The notes under the pieces are model-generated. The model saw nothing but the letters and a program-made list of their open reading frames with translations, was not told the DNA's origin and searched no databases. From Leptogorgia sarmentosa (taxonomy: Eukaryota), in the NCBI GenBank assembly GCA_964658305.1, contig OZ210884.1, positions 8,184,001-8,248,000 on the forward strand: 64,000 bases of DNA, written 5' to 3'. Each line of letters starts with the position of its first letter. Positions within the stretch are counted from its first letter, which is position 1. The translations under genes and the position numbers were made by a program. Below, one piece after another: positions 1 to 11,077 of this stretch.

Positions 1-394
1 CGTCAAATATGGTTTGGATGGATGGATGGATCAGTATTCAAAGTATTCAAATTAGCCCTTGTGTTTGCCACGAAACGCAATTATATACAAAATGTCGAAG
101 AACCATGTACCGAAGAGCCTAATGTTATAATGAACTAAGTTCTATGTTTGAGCTCATTGACATTACTTACCTTGGACACTCGAAAAGTGGCGCGTCTTAA
201 TTAGGCTTTAGGTTAGCTATACATGCAGTAGCTAAACTTCAAAAGCATTTGGGGTAAGATTTCACATGCGCTTCACAGTGTATATACGGATTAACTTTAG
301 AAATTTTACGTACTTGTTTTGATATGGTTGCATGAGTGCTTTATCTCATGTGCAAATGAGTTTCCTGAAGGTAGATCTTATCCAACAGCACTAA

Positions 395-513
395 GGCCCA
401 GTTCAAGGTCGAACTTTTCATGTGCCGAACCTAATGTTAATGAGCAAAGTTCTTTGTTTGAGCTCATTGGCATTAGGTTCGGCACATGAAAAGTTCGACG
501 TCTGAACTGGGCC
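395..513. mobile_element. Palindromic MITE, PIF/Harbinger-like
   Basis: ~43-bp inverted arms (ggcccagttcaaggtcgaacttttcatgtgccgaacctaatg / cattaggttcggcacatgaaaagttcgacgtctgaactgggcc) flanked by TAA on both sides. Decayed relatives at ~90-200 and ~11925-12060. Confidence 0.7.
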
Positions 514-1544
514 TAAATGACACGATTAATAATGAGGTAGTGAGATTATCCTTCCTGCTCTTGTTCGTTATCCTGAAGTGCTACCTACGCTGGCCACGTG
601 TGCTGTTGTTTAATATTTACCAGATTTCAGTTCAAATATCAAGTCTGGCTGCGACTAAACGCACTAATGACTACGAAATGACCTCGTCCTGCTTTTTTTC
701 GATGTTTGTCCAATTTAACATGACACTTCTATTGACATACTAAAACAATTTACAAACTTTAATATGTGGTAAGTGTAGATTGCGGATAACAACATCAGCA
801 AAACTTCTATAGTGTCGTGTAGGTTGTCATGCAGTAGCACGATTGGCACCTTACTCCTTAGAACAAAAGATAGTTCTAGCATGGCAATTGATTGAAAGAA
901 TGTTCAGTTTGATGCAACCGGCCCCAGGACAATTGCTTAATAATTACGAGTCACCAACAAAATACTCGTCGTAGGTTTTTAAATTTCCAGGAAGCAATGA
1001 CTTTCAACAATATTATTTTATTATTTGATAATAATAATATTTGGTTCAATGGTTTACCGCAAATGGAGAAGTAAACAAATATCAAGTCCGTCGGCGAGCG
1101 TACAGTGCATGCGACTAAACGCAGTAATGACTGCGAAATGACATCGTCCTTATTTTTCTTTATATTTTTGGAAATATTTAGCAGAGTAGCTATATAAATA
1201 AATGATCTAAAATATTGTCTTCAACCGTTCAACGACGTATGAGAAACATTCGACCTTCCGGAAAACTTACCACATATAGATGAAGTAACATAAAATCATA
1301 TTGTAAAACAACCTATACAAGCAACGATATTCAGTGCACAATACACATATTCAGGCAACGTCGGTGCGATTAAATGATGAAATGCAGCTAATTTGAATTT
1401 CCAAGGCATTAGTTTTTTCTGACACACCTAGCTGTAGTGATATTTTATTCACAATATATTTTATATATATCGCAATATATTTTATTCACCTCATGCAGTA
1501 TCTTATACCATGATAATTTTGATGATTTTGCTCTCGTTTTACAG

Positions 1545-2563
1545 GTCTTACTCAAGTAGCTGATGACAGTATCGCTTTATTTAAAGAAGGTCGAAATACA
1601 GATCTTCTACCATCACTTCAGCTGTGGGCTGCAGAAAGCGTGTTCTACGTGATGTTCGGTCATCGCGCTGGTACAAATATCTCAACTCCTGATAAAAAAT
1701 CTTTAGAAGTCGCCAAAGCTGTTTTCGATGCCTTCGAATGTGAAACCAAGTTGGTAATCGGATTTCCTTTTCACAGATACATCAAAACGCCAGTACTGAG
1801 AAAATTTTTCCGCTCCCTCGATGTATTATCGAACTTCACGTTTAATTTTATGGAGAAGATTAAAAACAGTCCAAGTTCTTTGACCGACGGACACGAATGT
1901 TTGTTTGAAAAGTTCAAGAGAGAGAAAAAGTTAACCGATGATGAAATTAATCAACTAGCTATTACATTGCTTGCTGGTGGAGTGGATACTACGTCAACAA
2001 TGCTGGTGTCTACTCTATTTAAATTATCTAAATCCCAAACAGCCCAGGCAAAACTTTATGAAGAAATAAACCGCGTTTTACCAAACGGCCACACACCAAC
2101 TTCTGACCATTTGAGCAAAATGCCATATCTCAAAGCGACCATAAACGAAGTGTTTCGGACAAATCCGGTGACACCCGCCACGGTTCGTCAGCTATCCAGG
2201 CCTATAGTATTGGGCGGATATGAAATTCCAGCCGGTGTAACTATTGCTTTGTCCTCAGGTTACATGTCAACACAAGTAAAAAAAGAGGTATTTGGAGAAC
2301 TCGATAGCTTCAAGCCTGAGAGATGGTTACGTGAAAGTAAGGATTTTCATCCCTTTGCTTCACTTCCATTCGGCTTTGGTCCCAGAATGTGCGTTGGAAG
2401 ACGTATTGCGCAGATGGAGCTTTGGTTGTTCCTTGTTCGTTTTCTGCAGAAGTTCAAAGTGGAGGATAGTCACCTACCCGAGGACCAACTTGGGTGGATT
2501 TTTGGTGTGGTTCAACGTCCTGATAGGCCTGTTAATTTTTGCTTCACAGCGAGATCAAGATAG
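1545..2563 (+). CDS. Cytochrome P450, mitochondrial-clan-like; terminal exon only (N-terminal exons not seen)
   Basis: Acceptor ctctcgttttacag at 1544. Open frame LTQVADD..LQLWAAESVFYVMFGHR; I-helix AGGVDTT, K-helix EVFR, FKPERW, heme motif FGFGPRMCVG; stop at 2563. WAxES, GVDTT and PFGFGPRMCVGRRIA are typical of mito-clan CYPs. Confidence 0.92.
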
Positions 2564-3514
2564 GAACACGCCATGATGCGTCAAAGCTGAACAACTTGCG
2601 TGTCATACCAAACAAAGAAGTTTGTCATGAAAGACAAAAATAATGAATATTCATAAGCCGATCATTTTTACCTAATCCAAAACAAATACCTTAACTGTGA
2701 GCATAGATAAACGTGAAAATTATTACGCTACGTCTTTCTTCGAATGTAAAAACTGAATGCGGCTGAAGAATAACTGTTGTTTAAAATCCACATTACAACA
2801 ATGAGCACTGCGCTTTTGCCATGCTTTTAGCCTTGTGTAACATTTCTTCAACAAGCTGTAGAATATACCTTCTATTGTACTTTGAACTGACTGTGTAGCA
2901 TTAAAATTGTAAGTTTACTGTGGCCCAACGCTGCTTGTCCAGTTTTTCATGATGCTTTATGACATATTAAAACAATTTACAAACTTCAATATGTGGCTAG
3001 TGTAGGTTGCCGATAACAACATGAACAAGCAGCAAAAGTTCCACTCACTACCGTGACTTCCTATAGTGTCGTTTATGTAGTCAGTAGAACGATTGGCACT
3101 CTGGAGAAAAAGATAGTTCTAGTTTAGGCCAAAAATAAAAGAAATGGGTCTGGCAATTGATTGAAAGAATGTTCAGTTCTAAAGTTTCATTCTAGATCAA
3201 CGGTTATTTTGGCATGCTTGAGAGAATCGCTATGTCAGACTATCCAACCTTCGAACAACATGTACCCAGGCTCCTTGTCCCCTGTGTTAGAAATGTTTTG
3301 CATGGTTGACTTCCAACTCTTGTCAGTCGTATCATCCCAACTCCCGCCCCCCCCCTCCCCCACTCCCCTAAGTGACAGGTGTTGAGAATAGTATCATTAC
3401 TATTGGTTCAAAAAACTATTATGAAAACCGGGCATAAAACATTGAAACAACTTGATGCTATTGGGATAAATAAGTATTGTACTTCATTAAAATGAAATTT
3501 ACCCTTGCTTCTAG

Positions 3515-6500
3515 CCATTTTGGAAAAAGAGCGGCGAAAGCAACCGTGTGGCTGGAAAAATCAAGATGGGAAAGGAAACACTTTGCAAACTCGATGGGAA
3601 ATGGGTAACGTTTTTAAGGAAATTCACTTTAAACCTGAGAGCATTGGTACTAGGTTCATTTGTATTATTTTCAATTTTCTTTTTTGTGTTTAGGATGGTG
3701 AGGTACTAATTACTGACCTGCGATCAGGAATTCATGAAGTAAGTATTCCAGAAATATGCTTCCAGAAGTTCAGACCCAGGGTCTTGATCCTCGCTCACGT
3801 TTAGGAAGCACGTGACCAACTAATACCAGGGTCTTTTCTAAGCGTGAGCGAGGATCAAGACCCTGGGTACGAGGATGGTTCAAACCATGACTCAAGTGTC
3901 CTTTCATAATCGAAAACACAGAGCATCTATGGATTATTGTAAATCTACCGAAAACCGTAAAAATAAAATTGGAGCGAGAAAAAACGAAAGGTGTATGCCT
4001 CGCTATCTATGGATGAAACTGAAACTATGGATGATTTTAATTTTGCAGGATAGTTTTTGTCTGTGTGTCTTATCTTGGTAGATGAATTTGTGTTTTCATT
4101 CTCAGACTGAGGAGGAAATATTACCAGACTTATTTTGGGAACCCACAGCAGAGGTGCGCAGTACGAGATTGAAGCGGCATGTTGTGCATTTGGATAGTCA
4201 AGAAGAATTTGAATCTCAGAAGTGAGTTTTTTTTCAAATTACTTCACTTTATGAAACTCATTACAGCTAATAGTAGCTGGATTTTAATCGCGTGATATGC
4301 TTAACACTGTGGGACACACTTATCGGATCGAGTTCATTATTCATCATGCATAGGTATTATATTTGAGGAGGTATTATATTTATTATTATTTTTGAAATTC
4401 TTAACCATCTCTAGCACAATAATATACACAATGAATTGGAAATAGATCGACATTGTGTTTTGTATATTTATCTAGTTTATGGCGCTATGTCGGTGACGCT
4501 ATTCGTGCAAGTGATCAGGTAAACTAATTTATTCGTACGGGGATACATGAACTTTTTTCCAATATTATACCTCAAATTCAAATTGTCCAATGAAAAAACA
4601 GCATTTGTACCACGTGATAATGTGATTTTTTACGGTATTTCACTCAAATTCCTGATTTCGCAATCCAGCGTGGGATACTATAATATCCCACGGCAGATCC
4701 ACCGTGGGATATTATAGTATCCCACGCTCACGCGTGACGCGTGGGCAACACGCGCTTGCATATTTATGCAAAATGGCGGGCGAGCAAGACTCGGACGAAG
4801 AAATAAATAGACTTCTTGAAAACAATGATGCAAAAATGTTTCGTTCGGTATAATATATCATTTATAGACCCTCCGCTCGGGGGATTCGGCGATATTTCCC
4901 TCAGTGATGATATTTTCCTCGGGGCAGAGCCCCTCGGAAAATATCATCACTTCGGGAAATATTACGCCGAATCCCCCTCGCTCCGGGTCTATAAATGATA
5001 AATAGTTCACGTACATTAAGGGATGTACGTATGACTCGCTGGTGATATATCATAACTTGCAGTACTATCTAGAAAGCCCTTTTCCACTATCAAAGTTTTT
5101 TTGTCATTATTATATTTCTATTTTCGGCAAGTTGTCCTTTCGGCAAAATGTCTTTTCGGCGAAAAGTCCGTCAAATTGTCCGTTCGACAAAATGTCCGTC
5201 GGCAAACCGTCCGTTCGGCAAAATGTCTTTCGGCAAACTGTCTTTCGGCAAAATGTCCGGCCACCGCCGGCGACAAGGAAATAGACAAGGAAATCATGTT
5301 TTTACATTCATTCGCCACTGAAAAAATTTGTTCCGCCTCTATAGTTGTTAAAAATGTTCAACTTTTGTCAGACTTTTCACTGACGGCGCGAAAGAACAAG
5401 GATTGAATTAAATTTTTCGGTGGCGGAATATTTCGCCAGCGGTGGCGAAATACCTGAGACAACACAACACAACATAATTTAATTCTATAATTACATTACA
5501 TTACATTACATTACATTACATTACAGGGCTTCTGCTTTTACTAACGGAGTTGCTAATCGCCTTGTCAAGCAGAGCTCATGAAATAATCTTATAATTTCAT
5601 TGTATTTCATGCTTTTAAACTGATAGATAAAAGCGACTGAGGAAAAATTTAAACTTGAAGAAGAACAACGTCGTGGACACCGCGAGAGGAAGGAACAGTG
5701 TGTGGACTGGGTTCCACTATTGTTTGAAAGAGATCCTTGTCACCCTGAAGCTATCAATAAGTATATATATAAATATAAAAAGTAAGTTATGTTTATTTAA
5801 TATATAGACGGTGTGGAAATTTTCATCTTTCCGCTATCTCCTTTTCGACTATCTATAAATATCTCCATGTTATTCCGTTGGCATTGGCATATTTCACAAA
5901 CATCGCAGTTCAAAATGTTAACGAACCGTTTGTTAAATTAATGCCCGTCTTTCTAATGCCCGTATTTCTCATTTTGAACGATGTGAAGGGGTAGACTACT
6001 TATCAAAGTTGTTATGACATGTCATAACTTGGAACATTTATAACTGATCAACTCCTTCACATCGTTCAAAGGGAGAAAATCGCCTGCGTAAACGGACCTT
6101 TACCAGGCATCACCTTTGAGTTTCGCCATCCGTTTAAGCCGAAACAGTCGTGAAAAGGCGATGTGAAGAAAGATAAATTTAGACAAACAGCCCAAATATT
6201 TTTTATCTCTTTTAGCGTACGTCCCTGGGACCCTATAACCGATTTAGTTGAATACGAAAGCGAGTTCAAGGTGAGAACTCGCACTCGCATCCGAGCTCCG
6301 ATGGTGAAACAACAGAGTTTGATTGCAATGGAGGTTCATCCGCCTTCAGGCGACGAGGATCTTTCTCCACGCTATCCGGAACGAACCGGAAGCCGTCGGA
6401 AGTACGGTCGGCATTCGCCGGATCGGATGAGCAGTATGGACGAGGATGATGTTTCATCATTTGTGCAATATTTGAAACCATTACGTGACTCCCAAAATGA

Positions 6501-6681
6501 ACTCAAAGAACAGATTCGATCCGTACGCAGTGATATGAGGCGTTACCAGGTTGCAAATCGCGAACAGCTCGGCAAGTTTCACACCAAGGACTGGGTACTA
6601 TTTTGTTTTCTCGCAATTGTGTTGCTATGGCAATGGTATGCGCAAAGTACGCAAACGTCATCTCCAGTGCCACATAATTGA
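3515..6681 (+). CDS. OSBPL8: Oxysterol-binding protein-related protein, ORP5/ORP8 type; 3' exons only
   Basis: Six phase-compatible GT-AG exons: 3515-3604, 3694-3738, 4106-4221, 4476-4518, 5627-5781, 6216-6681. They give PFWKKSGESNRVAGKIKMGKETLCKLDGKWDGEV..FWEPT..FESQNLW..ATEEKFKLEEEQR..RPWDP, then a coiled coil and a C-terminal TM anchor (DWVLFCFLAIVLLWQW), as in ORP5/8. ORP5 versus ORP8 cannot be resolved. Confidence 0.9.
3777..3877. mobile_element. Short palindromic MITE (CAACCTCGTACCCAGG family), left end truncated
   Basis: cagggtcttgatcctcgctcacg ... cgtgagcgaggatcaagaccctgggtacgaggatg. Near-TSD gttcagacc/gttcaaacc. Same family as 8376-8454 and 38786-38866. Confidence 0.65.
4667..5000. 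repeat. Double-hairpin dispersed repeat in ORP intron
   Basis: Perfect 27-bp inverted repeat at 4667-4728 and a ~65-bp imperfect inverted repeat at 4856-5000 (tatcatttatagacc ... ggtctataaatgata). Confidence 0.75.
5122..5265. repeat. ~15-16-bp minisatellite (ttcggcaaaatgtc[ct])
   Basis: About 9 degenerate tandem copies. Explains the spurious ORFs at 5042, 5101 and 5118. Confidence 0.85.
5490..5525. repeat. (ATTAC)n microsatellite
   Basis: About 7 perfect pentamer copies. Confidence 0.95.
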
Positions 6682-7692
6682 ATCACCGGACGATGACAAA
6701 AAAAACATCGCCAAAATTCACATTCATTTGAAGACACTGCAACTGTTTTAATATAGTCACGACTGACATGGGTCGTTTGTCAAATTTCCAAAACACCCGA
6801 ACATCAATTTATTGGCTGTTGAGTAAACAGGCCAAACAGTCCATTCCTGTTTATATGTTGCCGAAAAATATTTCGCTTTGTTTCAAGATGGCTGGTTAAA
6901 TAGTTCTCTGTACGTCTAGTGACTATATTGATATTGGGGTCTGAAAAGGATTTTTCAAATATTTCCAAACTATTGTTCGAATTGCCCAAATTTTATAGTA
7001 TAAATTATAAGAAAATATTGATATATTAATTAAACATAAAAAAACAATATTGTACAGCTGTTTGTCTGTAAATTTTTTTCTCATTGGTGTTGTATTAGTC
7101 GTATTTGTGATCGTTCAAATCCAAAGAATAATGTAGAAGGGGATAGAACAATAAAAAATCCCACGATGTGAAGAATGTCTTCCGTTTCAGATATCTAGGT
7201 GAAAAAAATGATCGCGATTTGCACGCATTAAGTTAGAATATTTTCTTGTGGCAGGCACGTGATATTTTTTCACGACGGGCTTCGGCCGGGTTGGGCCCTT
7301 AGTATTTACACCGCTGCATGATCTATTGTTATAATTTCAATGGCCTAGCACAAAATTGAGTGTGAAGAGTGTAAAATGCTGACAGGGTGCATATATTAAG
7401 TATTGACGTCTTTATAAAATATCTTTGTCAAGCGCATGGTGGATTTTCCACCCTTGGGAATTATAGCTTTGCAATTTGAAAAAAAAGCAATATTTTGTCA
7501 AAGGGTTCAACTTCGTTGAACATTGAAATTCCAACAATACGTTATTGTCAATTGTTTGCGGGTTTTTTTTGCACGCTGCATCTGCAATCATTTAATTCAA
7601 TAAAAACATGCTCCCGTTGCCTCAGTTATTTTGAAAGCACTCGTCGGTTCAAATAAAGCAATTCTCAATATATACAAGACCACAGTTTTACA

Positions 7693-10600
7693 ATGCAATT
7701 TGTGTTTACTCCTCTGAATCGCAAAATCGACTGGCGACGACTTGGTGAGTATATAAAGTGGCTAAATTTCATTAATACCGCACCGGAATCGCGCTAATAT
7801 GGCGCCCTCGTCCTCGCCCTTCAAACGAACTGTAGACAATGCTAAGTGAATACCCTGAAACTGCGAGCCTGCCATATATTCATTCGCGTACATGCATGTG
7901 GACAATTCAGGAAATTCACACCAACATAGCCATCGTGACGGCCTAGTTATAAACAAACAATACTGAGATATTATTTTTTATTCAGCATTTATCGATATTG
8001 AAAAGGTGATTGATGATGTTGATCTTGATGTTCTGGAGGAAAATTTGGCGAATATCAGCCTTTGTGATATTGCACAGGAAATGGTAAGAGATTTATCCAA
8101 CAACGTCCATTTGGAGGTGAAAATCAGGCCGTGTCATCGAACTTGACGCATTGTAGATCTTCAGTTTGCTATTGATTTGCAATTATCTCGAAATGATTTT
8201 TTTCGTATAACAGATGAAGAATATTGTCATTCATGGGGCTTGGGTTTCTCGCGAAATCCGCTTTTAGGGAGTGAAGCTTCACATATTTTTTTCCCGCAAA
8301 CGTCAGGTGCAATCATGTGACCATAATTTTCTCGCCTCTGCCGTTAGTCGTTTCAACGTCATTGTGAGCTATTTCAAACCTCGTACCCAGCGAGAAACCT
8401 CGTACCGTACTCTCCTAAGCGAGAGCGAGGATCAAGACCCTGGGTACGAGGTTGAGCTATTTCACGTTTGCCGGGAACGTGAAATAAATTCTTCCATTAA
8501 TCATTGTGACGGTAGCTATATTTGGCACATCAAGGTGATTTCAAGCATTTTTCATCGATTTCATTTCTAGAACGGATATAACGTCAATCGCTGTTTTGTT
8601 AATTTGTTTAAATTGGCGCAACTCATAATTCAGTATTTGTTGGTAAGTCAGATAGTAATGTAACATGTGCCATATTTAGGCTTACTGCCTGCAGTAACCC
8701 AGTCCAGACGGTTCTCATTCGCCAGCGAACAGGGCGATTAACTTGTGAAAAAAGACAAACGACAACGGTTCCGAATCGCAAGGACCTATTGTCATATGTG
8801 TCCAGGTTTCATTAGTTGAACAATGGATACTTCAGAATAATCGTATATAACTACCCGATTCAATTCCTGGAATAGTTATGCCGGTTGCTTTCGATACTTC
8901 GTCCCGAAAGGATAATTAGGGCTAGGCTACTATTAGGATTAGTAAGAGCAGCCTTTTGGACTACAACTGGTTTGAGGGTGACAATTAGCTAAAGATTAAG
9001 TTTCGGTATTGCTATTATGGAATTGGGCTAGAAATACTCCGATTCCCTAAAATAATTTCACGTATTCGTCGTGCATGCTTTCAGTGATGTTTATTATATT
9101 TTATCCATTATTAATTATGTTTTGTAATATGATGTTGATGTTTTTATTATTTCCCAATTTTACCGCTCAATTCATCTTTTACAGTTTATGCAAAGAGTCC
9201 TAACTAGTAAGATAAAAGAATTAAGAGTTGTAAGTAATTTAGCTTTTTTTCTCGGTTTTTTGGGTCACGTTTCCCAGTGCCAGCCGTTTGAATTCTGGAA
9301 AAGCATGACTTCAAATTGTGTGCAGGTCAAATTACTACCGTCATGTTGAATGATGATAATTTTGATTGAATTTGAATTTATATATATATATCAATCAAAA
9401 TTAATTGCTGGTTCTGTGTGACTATAAAGACGTCAGTTGCATGTACACATGCATTGACGGAGACGCCGGGTCCCAGAACAATGCTCTGAACGGAAAATTT
9501 TACAAATGAAGTCATTGGGATGGATTCATTAGCCAAAAAACAATAGAAAATGGGAATGGAATTGCAGAACAGCCACTGAGAAGATGGGATTTGTGCTCTT
9601 GGACACTGGGATTTAGTCAAAATTATTGGGCTGTAAATGGGAATAAGAAACCCCCTTCAGGACCTCTTTTAACATATTTAATTTTGGATGCTGACTACTT
9701 TGTTCTAATCGTTTTGAACAATCCTGGCGCGTCGATAAGAAGTTGCGTGAAGCAGGAACAAACAGCGGTGGCTTCGCTAACATGAACACGCAAGATACTG
9801 ATGAAACTCATGATGAGCAGTATTGTAATGTTGACCAATACGCAGAACTAGCTGAAAATCAAGGACGTCACAAACGTCGCCACAACGTGAGCAAATTTAG
9901 CTGCTATATATTTTTTGTATCACAGGTAAACTTTTTTCTCAATCAGTCGAAGCCCATTAATTGGAATGAAACGATAGTATAGCAAGCCAGCTACAAGTAG
10001 CTTGCCGCGATCAGTGACAAAATAAAATGGCGTTCGCAAATTTGCAAAAAGCTGCGGGTATGGTAAGGCGGGGTTTGCTATATGTGAGGTCATTGAGGAA
10101 GGTTGCAAGAATAGTACTAAACCAATGGAAACTAGGAATAAGAAGCCAATTTTGAATGACGTTATTTACATATTTTGCAATTTGAAAGCCATAATTCGCA
10201 TTCATTTTGAAGAAAGTTTTAAAACTTGGCAGAATCTTCACACATATTTAGCCACATTCACAGATTCATTAAAATACGATAAATTTGCTTAATAACTTCT
10301 AATTCAATCATTTAGCCACCCAAAAACGGTCCGGCATAGCGTTAGAAAAGCCAGTTGCATTTTCACTGATTTCTGCTCCATGTTGTTCTCCTTCTGTCGG
10401 AAGAAAAGGTTGTAATGTTGGGATATTTGTGTACAAATTAAGGCATACGCTCTTGTTAGGAAGATGAATCTATAAGATGTGAAATCGGACGAATGAGGGA
10501 AAGCCATGGTGAATTACCAACTGATGCAAGACTGAGAAGCGAGAAATATTGTCAAGAGAGTGATTATGATAGCAAGCAATCACGACGTTTGTCAAGAGAT

Positions 10601-11077
10601 GGAGTTGAAATGGAGGGAAAGGACTCTCAAGACGTTTTTGATGTTAGTAAACATGGGTGGGGTGGGTTGGGGGTGACGGAAATGTTTTTCTAATGAGTTC
10701 TCAAACCATTCCTCCGCTTTAGCCAAGAAAGCTTCAAGAAGAAATTGTTGGTCGGGTGAGAAAAACAAAGGAAACGATATCTGTCTTTGCCACGGTATGG
10801 CACCTACGATCATTTCCAAATGTGTTGCAATCATAAACTATGACTGATTTCAATACCTCAGAATCATCTCACGCTTCGTTGAATTCTGGGTAAGCGGGAT
10901 CATGCGAAGAAACACTCTCTAAACGACACTTCATTTCAGAAATTGGACGATTTCATGGTGGAACCTGAAAAAAATGAAAATGAAATCACCTCCAGAATAC
11001 AAGAGCGAGAGAGAAAGACATCTGATGTGGTTTTGCAAAACACAACAGGCAATATATTATGCAGCACTAACTTTTAA
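7693..11077 (+). CDS. DZIP1/Iguana N-terminal-domain protein, apparently short (~195 aa) and without the C2H2 finger
   Basis: Exons 7693-7744, 7986-8083, 8571-8642 and 9185-9229 give MQFVFTPLNRKIDWRRLAFIDIEKVIDDVDLDVLEENLANISLCDI..LFKLAQLIIQYLLFMQRVL, matching the Dzip-like N domain (DWRRL..D...L.EN..NI..C...LAQ..I.YLL). Tentative phase-0 3' exons 10460-10642 and 10940-11077; optional exon ending 9886. The 3' part is much less certain. Confidence 0.75.
8376..8454. mobile_element. 79-bp MITE with 9-bp TSD (Mutator-like)
   Basis: Termini aaacctcgtacccag / ctgggtacgaggttg. Perfect direct repeat AGCTATTTC at 8367-8375 and 8455-8463. Confidence 0.8.

Noticed and set aside
1040..1075. WFTANGE, resembling the P450 segment before the WxxxR motif
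   Set aside because: No WxxxR follows, stops lie nearby and there are no convincing splice sites; likely chance.
2292..2576. 94-aa alternative-frame ORF; likewise antisense ORFs 25058-25267, 36655-36936, 38215-38502
   Set aside because: Shadows of real coding exons (CYP, BTB, PINCH).
5042..5406. Three overlapping ORFs
   Set aside because: Artefacts of the 15-16-bp minisatellite inside an ORP intron.
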